The translations under genes were made by a program, and so were the position numbers. From Candidatus Falkowbacteria bacterium (GTDB taxonomy: Bacteria > Patescibacteriota > Patescibacteriia > Patescibacteriales > UBA12075): 64,000 nt of DNA. Below the pieces are notes generated by a model, which was given only the letters and a program-made list of their open reading frames with translations, ran no database searches and had not been told where the DNA came from. The DNA is taken from assembly GCA_003514005.1 (NCBI GenBank), contig DOSJ01000019.1:22868-86867 (forward strand). Reading direction: 5' to 3'. Shown piece after piece: positions 62,495 to 64,000 of the stretch. Every line of letters starts with the position of its first letter. Within the stretch, counting starts at the first letter, position 1.

Positions 62495-64000
62495 TTAATT
62501 TTTAGTTTTGGATCCGATCAACCAAAGCCTTTTTTCCAACATTTTTACAGGCAAAAGGTTTAAAAGATTTTTTGTAATAATAATTGCCGAAAACATGGAA
62601 ACCAAAATACCAAGGCTAAGGGTGATCGCAAAACCTTTGATCGTACTGGTAGAGAACCAGATTAGAACCAAGCAAGTTATCAGGGTGGAAAGATTGCCAT
62701 CGCGAATAGACGGCCAAGCGCGTGTAAACGAATTCTCGATAGCTGAGCCCATTGGCCGGCCGGAACGAAGTTCGTCTTTTAGGCGTTCAAATATCAGAAC
62801 ATTTGCGTCCACGGCCATACCAATCGACAGGATAAAGCCGGCAATACCGGACAATGTTAGCGTAACTGGCCAGATTTTGAATATTGCCAAAACCAAAATG
62901 CCATAAGCTATCAAAGAGATAACCGATAAAACGCCAGGCAGACGATAAAAAATAATCATAAAAATCGCAATCAATAGTACGCCATATATTCCGGCTCTAA
63001 GACTGGAATCCATAGATGTTTTACCAAGGCTGGCGCCGACTGTCTGCTGGTTGGCAAGCGCAATCGGTACCGGCAGGGCGCCGGCATTTAGGCGCTGGAC
63101 CAATTGTTTTGCTTCTTGAATATTAAAATTGCCGTTAATCACAGCTTTGCCGCCGCTGATTTTTTCATTTACATTTGGCGTGCTGATCGGTTCGCCATCC
63201 AAAAATATCGCAACCGGTTTGCCGACATTGCGTCCGGTAATCTCGGCAAAAAGTTCACCGCCTTCGCTGTCAAATTCCAGTCCGACTTCCGGCATATTAT
63301 CGTTCGGGTTAAATTGCACGACTGAACGCTTTAAATATTTTCCGGTAAGCTTGGTGTTTGTCCAATCTTTTTGATCTTGGGTAATATCTTTTTCGGTCAT
63401 GGCGCGAACAATCAAGCGGCTAACTTTATATTCAGTAATATCACGTTCGTCTTGCTTGTATATCAAGTGGTATCCAAACTGTGTTTCCACTACGTAAGAA
63501 ATCGTTCCTTTTTCTTGCGCAAATACCGCGTCCTCAAAAGGTTTGACCATGTCGCCAGTTCCAAACCAGCCCAAATCACCGTTTCGCTCTGCCGCGCCCG
63601 GTTCGGTTGAAAACTCTTTTACCAAAGCGGCAAAGTTTTTCGTTGTTGCTTTGGCTTTTATTTCCTTGATTTTTGCATAAGCTTCGTCTTTGCTCAAATC
63701 ATTTGTACAGCCCTCTATATCTTTGTAGCACAAAAGCAGATGTGAAGCTTTCACTTCTTTCTCGGTTTTCGTATCATCAAAAGAATTTTTCTTTATTCTT
63801 TTTTCAAAGAGTTTATAGATAGAAAAGCCTTGTTCTTCTTTTACCAAGTCTTTCGTGATCTGTCCGTCTTTAAGGTCTTTGACGCTCGCGATTATTTGCG
63901 GCGCGTCTTTTTCCGTAATCCAGCCAAGATCTCCGCCGGTTTCTTTGGTGTTCTGATCATCGCTAAATTCTTTTACCAAAGCCGCGAAATCACCCCCTGA
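62495..64000 (-). CDS. secD: SecD with N-terminal/periplasmic parvulin (PpiC) repeats, 5-prime end beyond window
   Basis: SecD core (LTLSGIAGFILSIGMAVDANVLIFERLKDE). Upstream lie two parvulin units (GGDLGW.., ASHLLL, FGYHLIYK). The frame stays open past 63979 to the window edge (..GGDFAALVKEF), so the track start is not the true start. Confidence 0.85.
   Translation of the reverse strand, partial: SGGDFAALVKEFSDDQNTKETGGDLGWITEKDAPQIIASVKDLKDGQITKDLVKEEQGFSIYKLFEKRIKKNSFDDTKTEKEVKASHLLLCYKDIEGCTNDLSKDEAYAKIKEIKAKATTKNFAALVKEFSTEPGAAERNGDLGWFGTGDMVKPFEDAVFAQEKGTISYVVETQFGYHLIYKQDERDITEYKVSRLIVRAMTEKDITQDQKDWTNTKLTGKYLKRSVVQFNPNDNMPEVGLEFDSEGGELFAEITGRNVGKPVAIFLDGEPISTPNVNEKISGGKAVINGNFNIQEAKQLVQRLNAGALPVPIALANQQTVGASLGKTSMDSSLRAGIYGVLLIAIFMIIFYRLPGVLSVISLIAYGILVLAIFKIWPVTLTLSGIAGFILSIGMAVDANVLIFERLKDELRSGRPMGSAIENSFTRAWPSIRDGNLSTLITCLVLIWFSTSTIKGFAITLSLGILVSMFSAIIITKNLLNLLPVKMLEKRLWLIGSKTKN

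Noticed and set aside
1-64000. Alternative genetic code (UGA as a sense codon), as in some CPR lineages.
   Set aside because: Conserved genes (rpoB, rpoC, leuS, dnaK) are full length under the standard code. Several end at UGA exactly where homologues end.

Overview
AT-rich, gene-dense 64-kb bacterial fragment read with the standard code (long ORFs stay intact with UGA as stop). Gene content suggests a small-genome CPR/Patescibacteria-like organism: archaeal-type ProRS, FemAB plus MurE, 4-subunit 2-oxoacid:ferredoxin oxidoreductase, TrbC/VirB2-like two-TM pilin-type proteins, Cys-rich secreted proteins and almost no Shine-Dalgarno sites. That assignment is inference only. Most genes lie on the minus strand: rsmA, leuS, xth, rpoB-rpoC, murE, femAB, ruvA, a U32 peptidase, a two-component system, htpX, tRNA-Arg(CCG), sulP, a gldA/F/G-like ABC operon, htrA, hrcA-grpE-hsp20-dnaK-dnaJ, mreBCD-mrdA, proS and secDF. 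One plus-strand block (12.7-21 kb) carries porG-porD-porA-porB. No rRNA, CRISPR array, integrase or reverse transcriptase is visible. The unusual part is the repeat biology. (1) Two small GIY-YIG nuclease ORFs are each bracketed by 34-42 bp terminal inverted repeats, with ORF-less miniature derivatives nearby and a related GTCATTCCCGCG..GCGGGAATC hairpin-MITE family; this resembles REPIN/RAYT organisation but with a GIY-YIG nuclease. These elements, plus a pilin-like/toxin-antitoxin islet, split the por operon. (2) Nearly every intergenic spacer is a long hairpin built from a few 6-8 nt word families, and the same words also occur in frame inside conserved genes (rsmA, leuS, xth, femAB, U32), similar to Rickettsia palindromic elements. 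(3) An orphan plus-strand transcription unit (about 32.0-32.4 kb) has a consensus promoter, two SD-led micro-ORFs, a 21-bp hairpin and a terminator. (4) A 920-aa Cys-rich surface protein contains a thrombospondin type-1-like module. All coordinates were derived by hand; repeat boundaries are approximate to a few nt.
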